A stretch of 64,000 nt of DNA from an uncultured delta proteobacterium. GTDB lineage: Bacteria; Myxococcota; Myxococcia; Myxococcales; Myxococcaceae. The notes under the pieces are model-generated. The model did no database searches, had not been told where the DNA came from, and worked only from the letters and a program-made list of their open reading frames with translations. Of the stretch, positions 51,781 to 62,760 are shown one piece after another. Made by a program: the position numbers and the translations under genes. The stretch is from positions 1,984,001 through 2,048,000 of the forward strand of contig CAWCKH010000004.1 in the NCBI GenBank assembly GCA_963796055.1. The letters are read 5' to 3'. How positions within the stretch are numbered: the first letter of the stretch is position 1; each line of letters begins with the position of its first letter.

Positions 51781-54148
51781 TTACTCGGCGACTCCCTTCT
51801 CCCTGAGGATCCGCCAAACCTTCTCCGGGGTGATCGGGATGTCGATATGTCTGACACCCAGGTGGGCGAGGGCGTCCACCACCGCGTTGGCGATGGCTGG
51901 AGGCGCGCCCACCGTGGCCGACTCGCCCACCCCCTTGGCGCCAAAGGGGTGGTGCGGCGAGGGTGTCACCGTCTTGTCCGTCTCCCAGGCCGGCGTCTCC
52001 ATCGCCGTGGGCACCAGGTAATCCATGAAGCTCCCGCCCTGGATGTTCCCGTTCTCGTCGTAGCTGATCTCCTCCAGCAGGGCCGGGGCCATCCCCATCG
52101 TCAGCCCGCCGTGGATCTGCCCGTCGACGATCATCGGGTTGATGATGTTCCCGCAGTCGTCCACCGCGACGAACCGCCGGATCTTCACCATCCCCGTCCC
52201 CCGGTCGATGTCCACCACGCAGATGTAGCTGCCGAACGGGAAGGTGAGGTTGGGCGGGTCGTAGTAGTCCACCGCCTCCAGCCCGGCCTCCATCCCCTGC
52301 GGGTGGTTGGTGTACGCGGCAAAGGCGATCTCCTGGATGGTCTTCGAGCGCTGCGGCGCGCCCCGCACCGAGAACTTCCCCGTCTCCCACACCAGGTCGT
52401 CCTCCGAGACCTCGAGCAGGTGCGCGGCGATCTTCTTCGCCTTCTCCCGCACCTTGCGCGCCGCCATCGCCCCCGCCGCGCCGGCCGTCGGCGTGGAGCG
52501 ACTGGCGTACGTCCCCAGCCCGTAGGGAGCGGTGTCGGTGTCGCCCTCCTCCACCTGCACCGCCGAGGCGGGGATGCCCAGCTCCTCGGCGATGATCTGC
52601 GCGTACGTCGTCTCGTGCCCCTGGCCCTGCGACTTGGTCCCGAACCGGGCGATGGCCTTCCCGGTGGGGTGCACCCGGAGCTCGCAGCGAGTCGAACATC
52701 TTGATGCCCAGGATGTCGAAGGTCTTCGACGGACCGGCGCCGACGATCTCGGTGAAGCTGGAGATCCCGATGCCCATCAGCTCGCCTCGGGCCCGCTTCT
52801 CCGCCTGCTCCTTGCGGAGCGCGGCGTAGCCGATCTTCTCCATCGCCAGCTGCAGCGCGCGCGGGTAGTCGCCGCTGTCGTACTCCCAGCCCAGCGCCGA
52901 CTTGTAGGGGAACTTCTCCTTGGGGATGAAGTTCTTCATCCTCAGCTCGGCCGGGTCCATCTTGAGCTGCTGGGCGAGCACGTCGGCCATCCGCTCGATG
53001 GCGTGCACCGCCTCCGTCACCCGGAACGAGCAGCGGTAGGCCACTCCTCCGGGTGGCTTGTTGGTGTACACCCCGTCCACCTCCACGAAGGCCTTCTTCA
53101 CGTCGTACGAGCCGGTGCAGATGGAGAACAGCCCAGCCGGGAACTTCGACGGGTTGGCTGCCGCATCGGCGTAGCCGTGGTCGGCCAGGGTCTTCATCCG
53201 GAGCGCGGTGATGGTCCCGTCCTTCTTCGCCGCCAGCTCGGCGGTGATGTGGTAGTCGCGGGCGAACGAGTCGGCCTGCAGGTTCTCCATCCGGTCCTCG
53301 ATCCACTTCACCGGCTTGCCGATCACCACCGAGGCGGCGACGGCGATCACGTAACCCGGATACACCGGGACCTTCCCCCCGAAGCCGCCGCCGATGTCGG
53401 GGGAGATGATCCGGATCCGCTCCTCGGACAGACCGACGTGGCCGGCGACCAGGGCGAACACCGTGCGGATCACGTGCGGCGCCTGGGTGGTCATGTAGAC
53501 CGTGAGCTTCCCGTTCACCCGATCGAAGTCGGCGACGCAGCCGCAGGTCTCGATGGAGGCGACGTGGATCCGCGGGATGTAGAGGTCCTGCTTCACCACC
53601 ACCTCCGCTTCCGCGAAGGCCTTCTCGGTTCCGGCCCGATCTCCCGCCTCCCAGTGGAAGATGCGGTTGTCCTTCTTGTCCTTCTTGTCGGTGCGGAGGA
53701 CCGGGGCGTTCGGCTCCAGGGCCTTGAACGGGTCCACCACCACCGGGAGCGGCTCGTACTCCACCTCCACCGCGTCCACCCCGTCGGCGGCGGCGTAGCG
53801 GCTGGTGGCGATGACCGCCGCCACCTCCTGCGCCTGGTACATCACCTTCTCGGTGGGGAGGACCATCTGCGTGTCCGACATCAGGGTCGGCATCCAGTGG
53901 AGGTTGTACTTGGCCAGCGTCTCGCCGGTGATGACCGCCAGCACGCCGGGGACCTTCATCGCCTTCTCGGTGTTGATCGACTTGATCTTCGCGTGGGCGA
54001 ACGGGCTCCGGACGATGTCCATCCACAGCATGTCCGGCAGCACGATGTCGTCGACGTAGTTTCCCTTGCCCCGGATGAAGCGCGGATCCTCCTTGCGCTT
54101 CATCGAGTGGCCCATGCCGCCTACTGCCGGAGTGGTCTTGGGCTGCAT
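51781..54148 (-). CDS. coxL: Aerobic CO dehydrogenase large subunit, form I (1-bp insertion at ~52687)
   Basis: AYRCSFR at 53021-53041; RKEDPRFIRG, GGGFGGK, GQGHET, KGVGE. Confidence 0.92.
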
Positions 54149-54158
54149 GGCGTGCCTC

Positions 54159-54629
54159 CTAGCGCAGCCGCTCGGCCGCGTACTGGACTGCCTTGACGAT
54201 GTTCACGTAGCCCGTGCAACGGCAGAGATTCCCGGAGATGGCCTCCCGGATCTCTGCCTCGGTGGGGTTCTTGTTCCGGGCCAGGAGCGCGCAGCTGGTC
54301 ATCATCATCCCCGGGGTGCAGTAGCCGCATTGCAGTCCGTGCTTCTCCCAGAAGCCTTCTTGAAGTGGGTGCAGCTTCCCGTCCTTCTCCAGGCCCTCGA
54401 CGGTGGAGATCTGTCGCCCGTCCGCCTGGACTGCCAGCACGGTGCACGACTTCACCGGCTGCCCGTCGAGGAGCACCGTGCACGCGCCGCAGTGGGTGGT
54501 GTCGCAGCCGATGTGCGTACCGGTCAGCCGGAGCTGATCCCGCAGCAGGTGCACCAGGAGCAGCCGGGACTCCACTTGCGCGTCGTGCGCCGTCCCGTTC
54601 ACCGTGACCCGGATGGTGTGCATCGCCAT
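54159..54629 (-). CDS. coxS: CO dehydrogenase small (2Fe-2S) subunit
   Basis: [27 protein letters not shown]. Confidence 0.93.
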   Translation of the reverse strand: MAMHTIRVTVNGTAHDAQVESRLLLVHLLRDQLRLTGTHIGCDTTHCGACTVLLDGQPVKSCTVLAVQADGRQISTVEGLEKDGKLHPLQEGFWEKHGLQCGYCTPGMMMTSCALLARNKNPTEAEIREAISGNLCRCTGYVNIVKAVQYAAERLR

Positions 54630-54631
54630 GG

Positions 54632-55504
54632 CTACCGCCCTCCCGCGCGCTCGACCGCCAGCTTCAGCGCGCGCCCGGTGAGGACCCGCGCCATGTCCCG
54701 CTTGTATTCCACCGATCCGCGGCGGTCGGCGCTCGGCGATGCCGCCTTGGAGGCGCGCTGCGCCGCCTCGGCCAGCGTCGCCGCATCCGGCCGCTTGCCG
54801 ATCAGCAGCTTCTCCGCCTCGCCCGCCTTGATGGGCGTGGGGCCGACGTTGGTCAGCGCGATCCCCGCCCGCTCGATCGCCCCTTTCGCGTCCAGCGTCA
54901 CCTGGGCCGCGGCGGCGGCCGTGGCGTAGTCCCCCACCTTCCGCTCCAGCTTCACGTATGCGCCGCCCGAGCGGGGCGGCGGAACGGGGATGCGGATCTC
55001 GGTGAGCACCTCGTCGATACGTAACGCGGTCCGGAAGAGCCCGAGGAAGAACTGGTCCACGGGGATCAGCCGCTCGCCCTTGGGCCCGGTGGCCACCACC
55101 TGCGCGCCGAGCGCGAGCATGGTGGCCGGGTGATCGTTCCCTGGATCGCCGTGGGCCAGGTTCCCGCCGACGGTGGCCATGTTTCGTACCAGCGGGTCGG
55201 CGATCACCTTCGCGGTGTCGAGGAGGATGGGGTACCGGGTCCGGACCAGCTCGGAGTGCTCCAGGGCCGACTCGCGGGTCCGCCCGCCGATCCGGAGCAT
55301 TCCGCCGTCCTCGCGGATGTACTCCAGGCCGGGAATGCGACCGATGTCGATCAGGTGTCCCGCCTGTCCCAGGCGCAGCTTGAGGAGGGGTAGCAGGCTC
55401 TGTCCCCCGGAGAGCACCTTCGCCTCCTCTCCGTACTTGGAGAGCAGCGCCAGCGCCTCGGGCAACGAGCCCGGTGCGTGGTAGTCGAACGACGCAGGAA
55501 TCAT
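54632..55504 (-). CDS. coxM: CO dehydrogenase medium (FAD) subunit
   Basis: [32 protein letters not shown]. Confidence 0.93.
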   Translation of the reverse strand: MIPASFDYHAPGSLPEALALLSKYGEEAKVLSGGQSLLPLLKLRLGQAGHLIDIGRIPGLEYIREDGGMLRIGGRTRESALEHSELVRTRYPILLDTAKVIADPLVRNMATVGGNLAHGDPGNDHPATMLALGAQVVATGPKGERLIPVDQFFLGLFRTALRIDEVLTEIRIPVPPPRSGGAYVKLERKVGDYATAAAAAQVTLDAKGAIERAGIALTNVGPTPIKAGEAEKLLIGKRPDAATLAEAAQRASKAASPSADRRGSVEYKRDMARVLTGRALKLAVERAGGR

Positions 55505-55519
55505 GGTCCCTCCTCGGGC

Positions 55520-56302
55520 CTACGACGACCGGTGCAGCAAGAAGTAGAGAATCGCGACCAAGACCACCAGCGCCATCGCCCAGAAGCCGGGCTGACGCAC
55601 CCACCGGGCCGCCGAGCGCCGAGCCACCCGCGCTCCGAGCGCCGCCGCGTCCAGCGCCTCCGGAGCCGCGGGGGGAATCGATCGACCCGGAGCCGTCGCC
55701 GACGGGCCCGGGCTCGCAGCTCCCAAGGCGGAGGCGGGCGCGGGAGCCGCTCGCATCGCCCCGCCTGCAGCGCCATCGCCGGAGGCGGGCGCGGGGGCCG
55801 CTCGCATCACCCCCTCCGCAGCGCCATCGCCGGAGGCCGGCGCCCCGGTCGACTCCAGCTCGGCGCGCATCCGCTCGGAGAAGATCTGGAACATCTCGTC
55901 GCTGACGTCCTGGATCATTCCCCGACCCATCTGGGCGAGGATGCCGGTGACGTTCACCAGCGAGACCGCGGTGACCTCCGCTCCCCCGCCGGGGAGCGCC
56001 TTCACGCTGCTGGTCAGCCGGAGGTCCGCGCCTCCCTTGCCCCGCACGTCCTGCCCGGTGGCGAGCAGCTCGGCGGTGCGGGCGGCGGGGTCGAGGCGCT
56101 CGAAGACCACCTTCCCCTTGTAGGTCGAGGACACCGGACCGACCTTGATGGTCATCGTCCCGGTGGAGGTCCGCTCGTCGAGCCGCTCGCCGATCGCCGC
56201 TCCCGGCAGGCACCGCGCCACGCGCGGGAGGTCGACCAGGAAGCTCCACACCGCCTCGGGTGCGGCCTTGACGACGAAGGTCTTGGAGATCTCCAGGGCC
56301 AT
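55520..56302 (-). CDS. coxG: CoxG (SRPBCC) membrane anchor
   Basis: [27 protein letters not shown]-terminal TM. Confidence 0.88.
   Translation of the reverse strand: MALEISKTFVVKAAPEAVWSFLVDLPRVARCLPGAAIGERLDERTSTGTMTIKVGPVSSTYKGKVVFERLDPAARTAELLATGQDVRGKGGADLRLTSSVKALPGGGAEVTAVSLVNVTGILAQMGRGMIQDVSDEMFQIFSERMRAELESTGAPASGDGAAEGVMRAAPAPASGDGAAGGAMRAAPAPASALGAASPGPSATAPGRSIPPAAPEALDAAALGARVARRSAARWVRQPGFWAMALVVLVAILYFLLHRSS
55729..55838. repeat. 51-bp tandem duplication in the coxG linker
   Basis: CTCGCATC at 55750 and 55801; encodes [17 protein letters not shown] twice. Confidence 0.75.
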
Positions 56303-56313
56303 CTCTCGGGTCC

Positions 56314-57300
56314 TCAGCGCGCGGCAGCCGACTGGGTGAGGTACCGCTCCGGAGCGGCCACGAACTTCTCTCGGCACCGGGGGTTGCAGAAGAAGAAGGT
56401 CCGACCGGCGTGCTCCGCCCGGTGCCGTGCGGTGGCCACCACCACCGTCATCCCGCACACCGGATCCAGCGCCTCGTCCGCCTCGGGCGCGGGAGGCGCG
56501 GCCGGTTCTGCCACCTGGGCCCTCGACAGCTGGACGATCTCCGCGAGGATGCTCAGCGCGACCTCCTCGGGAAGCCGGGCCCCGATGTCCAGTCCGGCAG
56601 GGTTCCGGATCCGGTCCAGCGGCTCGGCCGACACCCCGCGAGCGAGGAGATCCTCACGGAGCTGACCGAACCGGGTCCGGCTGGCGACCACGCCCAGGTA
56701 CGCCGGCAGGAGCCGCAGCGCGGTGCTCACCGCCTCGTCGTCGTGCTCGCCCATCGTGGCCACCACCGCGAACGTCCTCGCCGCCGGGCCGCCGTCGCGC
56801 GCCAGCTCCGGGCTGTTCCAGTCCACGAAGACCCGGTCCGCCTCGGCGACCGGATGCGTGCTTGCCTCGGGGTCCACCACGTCCACCGAGTACCCCAGCC
56901 CCTTCCCCAGCTGCGCCAGCGCCCGAGCGACCGGGGAGAGGCCGAAGAGCACCAGCCGCGGTGGGGGCAGGAACGGCTCGAGGTACACGTCCACGGTTCC
57001 TCCGCTCTGACAGACCATCGGAAGGACCGTGACCCCCGGGCGCTGGTCGGCGCCGGCCTCGGGCGACAGCGAGAGCAGCCGCGGCTGAGCGTCGATCAGC
57101 GCGCGCGCCGCCTCGCGCTTCACCACCGGCTGGGTGCAGTTGCCGCCCAGCCAGCCGTGGTAGCTGCCGTCGGCGGTGATGATCGCCATGTCGCCCTGGT
57201 GGGCCGAGCTGTAGGGCTGACGCCGGACGACCATCGCCAGGACGAAGGGCTGCCGTCGCGAGGCGAGGTCCGCGGCGAGCTGGAGGAGCTCGGCTCTCAT
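56314..57300 (-). CDS. coxF: CoxF/XdhC-family protein fused to a C-terminal YHS domain
   Basis: [28 protein letters not shown], then DPVCGM...FFCNPRC. Confidence 0.82.
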   Translation of the reverse strand: MRAELLQLAADLASRRQPFVLAMVVRRQPYSSAHQGDMAIITADGSYHGWLGGNCTQPVVKREAARALIDAQPRLLSLSPEAGADQRPGVTVLPMVCQSGGTVDVYLEPFLPPPRLVLFGLSPVARALAQLGKGLGYSVDVVDPEASTHPVAEADRVFVDWNSPELARDGGPAARTFAVVATMGEHDDEAVSTALRLLPAYLGVVASRTRFGQLREDLLARGVSAEPLDRIRNPAGLDIGARLPEEVALSILAEIVQLSRAQVAEPAAPPAPEADEALDPVCGMTVVVATARHRAEHAGRTFFFCNPRCREKFVAAPERYLTQSAAAR

Positions 57301-57905
57301 CGGCTGCCTCCGAGCTGCTCCCGGACGCGCTCCAGGTCGGCGGGCAGGTCGAGATCGGTCAGGGTCCGTGCCGGCCAGGGAACGCGGATCGCCTCGGCGG
57401 TGTGCCGCCTGACGACGGGCTTTCCGCAGCCCTCGCCCTCGAGCGCGCGAAGCTCGGGGAATAGCCGGCGATCGTAGAGGATGGGCGGTGCGTCCACGCC
57501 CTCGTAGTCGGAGACCACCAGGGGCGGAGCGTCCACCCGGTACCGCTCGACCAGCATACGGATCATTCCCGGATCGACCAGCGGCATGTCGGCCAGGAGC
57601 ACCACCGCCGCCGCGCAGCGCTCCGGCACCGCGCCGATCCCGCTCCGGAGCGAGCTGTGGATCCCGTCCTGGTAGTCGGGGTTCACCACCACCTCGCAGC
57701 CCACCCCCCGGAGCTCGCCCCGGGCCCGCTCGCTCTCGTGGCCGAGGACCACCAGCACCGGATCGAGCCCGGCGTCCACGGCCGTGCCGACGGCACGTCG
57801 GAGCACGCTCTGACCGGCGAGCTCGAGGAGCATCTTGTTCCGACCCATCCGGCTCGAGGTCCCCGCTGCGAGGACCACGCCGGCGATGCTTTCACGCCGA
57901 TCCAC
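57297..57905 (-). CDS. mocA: Molybdenum cofactor cytidylyltransferase
   Basis: [24 protein letters not shown]. Confidence 0.88.
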   Translation of the reverse strand: MDRRESIAGVVLAAGTSSRMGRNKMLLELAGQSVLRRAVGTAVDAGLDPVLVVLGHESERARGELRGVGCEVVVNPDYQDGIHSSLRSGIGAVPERCAAAVVLLADMPLVDPGMIRMLVERYRVDAPPLVVSDYEGVDAPPILYDRRLFPELRALEGEGCGKPVVRRHTAEAIRVPWPARTLTDLDLPADLERVREQLGGSR

Positions 57906-58100
57906 GCGGGACCTCCCGGGACAGGAGCCCAACGGCGGCCAATGAAGCTCGGGTGGCTCCGGAGTGTCAACGACGCGCGGCCGTTGGCACGTTGCGTTGG
58001 TGACGAACGGCGCCTGCCGGGGTGCTTGACCCGCGCCGCCCGCGCTCGCAATGTCCCGACGACCTCGTCTGGCGACTGTGTGACTCCTGGAGGTGACGGG

Positions 58101-58607
58101 ATGGCGCGAATCTCCGTGAGGGTGAACGGGACGCAGCAGGCACACGAGGTCGAGCCCCGGCTGTTGCTGGTGCATTACCTGCGCGACGTGCTCGGGCTCA
58201 CCGGCACCCACGTCGGGTGCGACACCAGCCAGTGCGGAAGTTGCACGGTGATGGTCGACGGCCGGACGGTGAAGTCGTGCACGATGCTCGCGGTGCAGAC
58301 CGATGGCAGCGAGGTGCTCACCATCGAGGGGCTGGCCTCCGACGGAAAGCTCCATCCGGTCCAGGAGAGCTTCTGGGAGGAGCACGGGCTGCAGTGCGGC
58401 TTCTGCACCCCCGGGCTCATCCTCTCGGCCGTCGGGCTGCTCCGCGACGTCCCCCAGCCCGACGAGCACGCGATCCGCACCGGCATCGAGGGGAACCTCT
58501 GCCGCTGCACGGGCTACCACAACGTCGTCAAGGCGGTGCAGTCGGCGGCAAGGAAGCTGGCCTCGACGCCGTCCGACGCGGGGCCGGCCGGAGTCCAGGG
58601 CCGATAG
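58101..58607 (+). CDS. coxS: Mo-hydroxylase small (2Fe-2S) subunit, form II cox-like
   Basis: [35 protein letters not shown]. Confidence 0.92.
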   Translation: MARISVRVNGTQQAHEVEPRLLLVHYLRDVLGLTGTHVGCDTSQCGSCTVMVDGRTVKSCTMLAVQTDGSEVLTIEGLASDGKLHPVQESFWEEHGLQCGFCTPGLILSAVGLLRDVPQPDEHAIRTGIEGNLCRCTGYHNVVKAVQSAARKLASTPSDAGPAGVQGR

Positions 58608-58617
58608 GAGGATGCGC

Positions 58618-60993
58618 ATGGCGACGGCGACGGTCGAGCGCCTGGTCGGCAAGTCCATCAGGCGGCGAGAGGACCCCCGGTTCATCACCGGACGAGGGAC
58701 GTTCACCGACGACGTGAAGCTCCCCGGCACGCAGCACGCGGTCTTCGTCCGGAGCTCGCTGGCGCACGCCCGCGTCGTCAACATCGACGCCTCGCGCGCG
58801 CTGGCCCATTCCGGGGTGCGCGCGGTGTTCACCGGGAAGGACCTCGCCGACGGAGGAGTCAACCCCATCCCGGTGGGGTGGCTGCTCCCCGGCCTGAAGA
58901 CCACCGATTTCCGGGCGATCGCGGTGGATCGGGTCCGCCACGTCGGTGAGGCCGTGGCGGTGGTGGTGGCCGAGTCGGCGGCGATCGCCCGGGACGCCGC
59001 GGAGCTGGTCTCGGTGGACTACCAGGAGCTCCCGGTGGTGGTGGACGCCGTCGCCGCGCTCCGGCCAGGGGCGCCGCAGGTTCACGCCAGCGCGCCGGAC
59101 AACCGCTGCTTCCACTGGGAGATCGGAGACCGGGCGAGGACCGAGTCCTCGCTGCGCGGGGCGGCGAAGGTGGTCCGGACACGGCTGATCAACCAGCGGC
59201 TGATCGCCAATGCCATCGAGCCGCGGGCCTCGCTGGCGAGCTACCAGGCGGCCACCGACGAGCTGACCCTCTGGGTCACGTCGCAGAACCCGCACGTCCA
59301 CCGGTTGATCATGGGCGCCTTCGTGCTCGGGCTCCCCGAGCAGCGGTTCCGGGTCATCGCCCCGGACGTCGGCGGCGGCTTCGGCTCGAAGATCTTCATC
59401 TACCCCGAGGAGGTGGCGGTGGCCTGGCTGGCCCGTCGCCTCGGCGTCCCGGTGAAGTGGACCGCCCAGCGCACCGAGAGCTTCCTCACCGATGCCCAGG
59501 GAAGGGACCACGTCTCCGAGGTGGAGATGGGGTTCGACGCGAACGGCAAGCTGGCCGGGCTCCGGGTGACGACGGTGGCCAACCTCGGCGCGTATCTCAC
59601 GCTCTTCGCCCCGGCAGTCCCCACCTACCTCTACGGAACGCTGCTCAACGGCCTCTACGACATCCCCGCCATCTTCTGCGAGGTGGACGGCGTCTTCACC
59701 CACACCGTCCCGGTGGACGCGTACCGCGGCGCCGGCCGCCCCGAGGCCTGTTACCTGATCGAGCGCACCATGGACATCGCCGCCGGGGAGCTGGGCGCCG
59801 ATCCTGTGGAGCTCCGCCGCAAGAACCTGATTCCCAAGGAGCGGTTCCCGTTCCAGACCCAGGTGGCCCTGACCTACGACAGCGGCAACTACGCCCCGGC
59901 GCTGGAGCGCGCGCTGCAGATGGTGGGCTACGAGCGCTTCCGGGCGGAGCAGGCCGAGGGGCGCAAGAAGGGCAGGTACCTCGGGCTCGGACTCTCCTGC
60001 TACATCGAGGCCTGCGGCATCGCGCCCTCCCAGGTGGTGGGCTCGCTCGGCGCGCAGGCCGGCCTCTACGAGAGCGGAACCGTCCGGGTGCACCCCACTG
60101 GCAAGGTGACGGTCCTCACCGGCTCGCACAGCCACGGCCAGGGACACGAGACGACCTTCTCCCAGCTGGTGGCCGACGCCCTGGGGATCCCGCTGAACGA
60201 CGTGGACATCGTGCACGGGGACACCGGGCGGATCCCGTTCGGGATGGGCACCTACGGGAGCCGCAGCGGCGCGGTGGGTGGCACGGCCATCCACATGAGC
60301 CTGCAGAAGGTCATCGAGAAGGGCCGGGCTCTCGCCGCGCACCTCCTCGAGGCCGCGCCGGACGACGTGGAGTTCAAGGGCGGCCGCTTCTCGGTGAAGG
60401 GTTCCCCGGACCGCGGCAAGACATTTGCCGAGGTCAGTCTCGCGGCCTACCTCGCTCACAAGATGCCGGCGGGCATGGAGCCCGGCCTGGAGGCGACCAG
60501 CTTCTTCGATCCCTCGAACTTCACCTTCCCCTTCGGGACCCACATCGCAGTCGTCGAGGTGGACGTGGAGACCGGGCGGACGACGCTCCTCCGCTACGTC
60601 GCGGTGGACGACGTGGGCAACGTCATCAACCCGATGATCGTCGACGGCCAGCTGCACGGCGGCATCGCCCAGGGGGTCGCGCAGGCGCTGTGGGAGTGGG
60701 CCAGCTACGACGAGGCCGGGCAGCTGACCACCGGGTCGCTGATGGAATACGGTCTTCCGCGGGCCGATCAGCTGCCGAAGTTCGAGACCGACCGGACCGT
60801 GACTCCTTCACCGGTGAACCCGCTGGGGGTGAAGGGCGCGGGTGAGGCGGGGACCATCGCCGCCACCCCTGCGGTGGCCAACGCGGTCATGGACGCGCTC
60901 TCCCCGTTCGGCATCACCCACCTGGACCTCCCGCTCACTCCCCAGAAGGTCTGGAAGGCGGTGCAGGCGGCCCGCCCGGCAGGGAGGAGGTAG
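58618..60993 (+). CDS. coxL: Mo-hydroxylase large subunit, form II cox-like
   Basis: AYRGAGR at 59719-59739, GGGFGSK, GQGHET, KGAGE. Confidence 0.92.
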   Translation: MATATVERLVGKSIRRREDPRFITGRGTFTDDVKLPGTQHAVFVRSSLAHARVVNIDASRALAHSGVRAVFTGKDLADGGVNPIPVGWLLPGLKTTDFRAIAVDRVRHVGEAVAVVVAESAAIARDAAELVSVDYQELPVVVDAVAALRPGAPQVHASAPDNRCFHWEIGDRARTESSLRGAAKVVRTRLINQRLIANAIEPRASLASYQAATDELTLWVTSQNPHVHRLIMGAFVLGLPEQRFRVIAPDVGGGFGSKIFIYPEEVAVAWLARRLGVPVKWTAQRTESFLTDAQGRDHVSEVEMGFDANGKLAGLRVTTVANLGAYLTLFAPAVPTYLYGTLLNGLYDIPAIFCEVDGVFTHTVPVDAYRGAGRPEACYLIERTMDIAAGELGADPVELRRKNLIPKERFPFQTQVALTYDSGNYAPALERALQMVGYERFRAEQAEGRKKGRYLGLGLSCYIEACGIAPSQVVGSLGAQAGLYESGTVRVHPTGKVTVLTGSHSHGQGHETTFSQLVADALGIPLNDVDIVHGDTGRIPFGMGTYGSRSGAVGGTAIHMSLQKVIEKGRALAAHLLEAAPDDVEFKGGRFSVKGSPDRGKTFAEVSLAAYLAHKMPAGMEPGLEATSFFDPSNFTFPFGTHIAVVEVDVETGRTTLLRYVAVDDVGNVINPMIVDGQLHGGIAQGVAQALWEWASYDEAGQLTTGSLMEYGLPRADQLPKFETDRTVTPSPVNPLGVKGAGEAGTIAATPAVANAVMDALSPFGITHLDLPLTPQKVWKAVQAARPAGRR

Positions 60994-60995
60994 CG

Positions 60996-61862
60996 ATGTA
61001 CCCCGTTCCCTTCGAGTACCACCGGGCGGGCAGCGTGCAGGAGGCGGTGGAGCTCCTGGCCCGCTACGGCGAGTTTGCCAGGCTCCTCGCCGGCGGACAC
61101 TCGCTGCTCCCGCTGATGAAGCTGCGGATGGCCGAGCCCAAGCACCTGGTGGACATCCGGCGCATCCCCGGTCTGTCCGGGGTGCGGGAGGAGGCCGGCG
61201 TGCTGATCATCGGAGCCGCGACTCCTCACCAGGTGCTCGAACGCTCGCCCCTCGTTCGCCAGCGCCTCCCCATCCTCTCCGAGGCCGCGGCGCAGATCGG
61301 CGATGCCCAGGTCCGGAACATGGGGACCATCGGTGGGAGCCTGGCCCACGCCGACCCGGCAGCGGATCTCCCGGCGGTGATGCTCGCGGTCGGAGCGGAG
61401 CTGGTGGCCGTGGGACCGAAGGGCAGGCGCGCGCTCCCGGTGGACGGCTTCTTCGCCAAGCTCTTCACCACCACGCTCGCGCCGGGCGAGATGCTGACCG
61501 AGGTGCGCATCCCGCTGCCGCCCGCCGGCACCGGTGGGGCATACGCCAAGTTCGCCCATCCGGCCTCGCGCTACGCGATCGTCGGGGTCGCCGCGACTCT
61601 GACCGTCGTCGCGCGGAAGATCAGCGCCGCCCGGGTGGCAATCACCGGGGTCGGGGCAAAGCCGGCGCGGGCGAGCGCCACCGAGTCGGCCCTGGTGGGC
61701 AAGACAGCCGAGGCCGGGATGGTCGCCTCGGGGGCGGAGAAGGCCGTCGAGGGGCTCGCCTTCCGCTCCGACGCGCGGATGGACCCGGACTACGCTCGGG
61801 CCCTGGTGGTGACCTTCACCCGGCGCGCCTTGGCCACGGCGCTCGAGCGGGCGGGCGGATAG
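60996..61862 (+). CDS. coxM: Mo-hydroxylase FAD subunit, form II cox-like
   Basis: AGGHSLLP, RNMGTIGGS, HADPAAD. Confidence 0.92.
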   Translation: MYPVPFEYHRAGSVQEAVELLARYGEFARLLAGGHSLLPLMKLRMAEPKHLVDIRRIPGLSGVREEAGVLIIGAATPHQVLERSPLVRQRLPILSEAAAQIGDAQVRNMGTIGGSLAHADPAADLPAVMLAVGAELVAVGPKGRRALPVDGFFAKLFTTTLAPGEMLTEVRIPLPPAGTGGAYAKFAHPASRYAIVGVAATLTVVARKISAARVAITGVGAKPARASATESALVGKTAEAGMVASGAEKAVEGLAFRSDARMDPDYARALVVTFTRRALATALERAGG

Positions 61863-61869
61863 ACCACCC

Positions 61870-62760
61870 GTGCGCGAGGAGATCCAGCGCATCCAGCAGT
61901 CGATGGAGCGCGAGGGGTACGTCACCGACCGGGCAGTGGCCACCGCCGTCCACCTGGCCATCACCCTGGGCAAGCCGCTGCTGGTCGAGGGGCATCCCGG
62001 CGTGGGCAAGACGGAGATCGCCAAGGTGCTCGCCGCCATGCTGCAGGGCGACCTGATCCGCCTGCAGTGCTACGAGGGGCTCGACGCCACCACCGCTCTC
62101 TACGAGTGGAACTACCCCAAGCAGCTCCTGCACATCCGGCTTCAGCAGGACGCTGAGCGCTCGGTGGCCGCGCGCGAAGCGGACATCTTCAGCGAACGCT
62201 TCCTCCTCAAGCGCCCCTTGCTCCAGGCCATCACCCACCAGGGCCGCCCTCCGGTCCTCCTCATCGACGAGGTGGACCGGGCGGACGAGGAGTTCGAAGC
62301 CTTCCTCCTCGAGGTGCTCTCCGACTTCCAGGTCACCATCCCGGAGGTCGGCACGGTGCGCGCCGCTGCCAGGCCAGCGGTGGTCCTCACCTCCAACCGT
62401 GCCCGGGACCTCTCCGATGCGCTCCGCCGACGCTGCCTGTATCTGTGGATCGACTACCCGCCGCTGGAGAAGGAGCTGCGCATCGTCCGGACCCGGGTCC
62501 CCGGCATCGACGAGCGGCTGGCGCGCGAGCTGACGGCCTTCATCCACTCGCTCCGCCGGATGAAGCTGGTCAAGGTGCCGGGAGTGGCCGAGTCGCTCGA
62601 CTGGGCGCAGGCGCTGGTGGCACTCCACGCCGCGCACCTCGACGAGGACCTGGTCCGGGAGACCCTGGGGTGCTTCCTCAAGGACGAGGAGGATCTCCGG
62701 ACGGTCACCGCCAGGCTCGACGCAGGAGAGCTGGCGGCGCTCTCCTCGTCGCTGGCATGA
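61870..62760 (+). CDS. coxD: MoxR-family AAA+ ATPase
   Basis: GHPGVGKT, RLQCYEG, LLIDE, DALRRRC. Confidence 0.9.
   Translation: MREEIQRIQQSMEREGYVTDRAVATAVHLAITLGKPLLVEGHPGVGKTEIAKVLAAMLQGDLIRLQCYEGLDATTALYEWNYPKQLLHIRLQQDAERSVAAREADIFSERFLLKRPLLQAITHQGRPPVLLIDEVDRADEEFEAFLLEVLSDFQVTIPEVGTVRAAARPAVVLTSNRARDLSDALRRRCLYLWIDYPPLEKELRIVRTRVPGIDERLARELTAFIHSLRRMKLVKVPGVAESLDWAQALVALHAAHLDEDLVRETLGCFLKDEEDLRTVTARLDAGELAALSSSLA

Noticed and set aside
57961..57972. Further copy of the hairpin repeat (GTGTCAAC)
   Set aside because: Only about 7 bp match and there is no second arm.
57985..58002. Sigma-54 promoter (TGGCACG) in the cox divergent region
   Set aside because: The -12 TTGC element is not at the required spacing.
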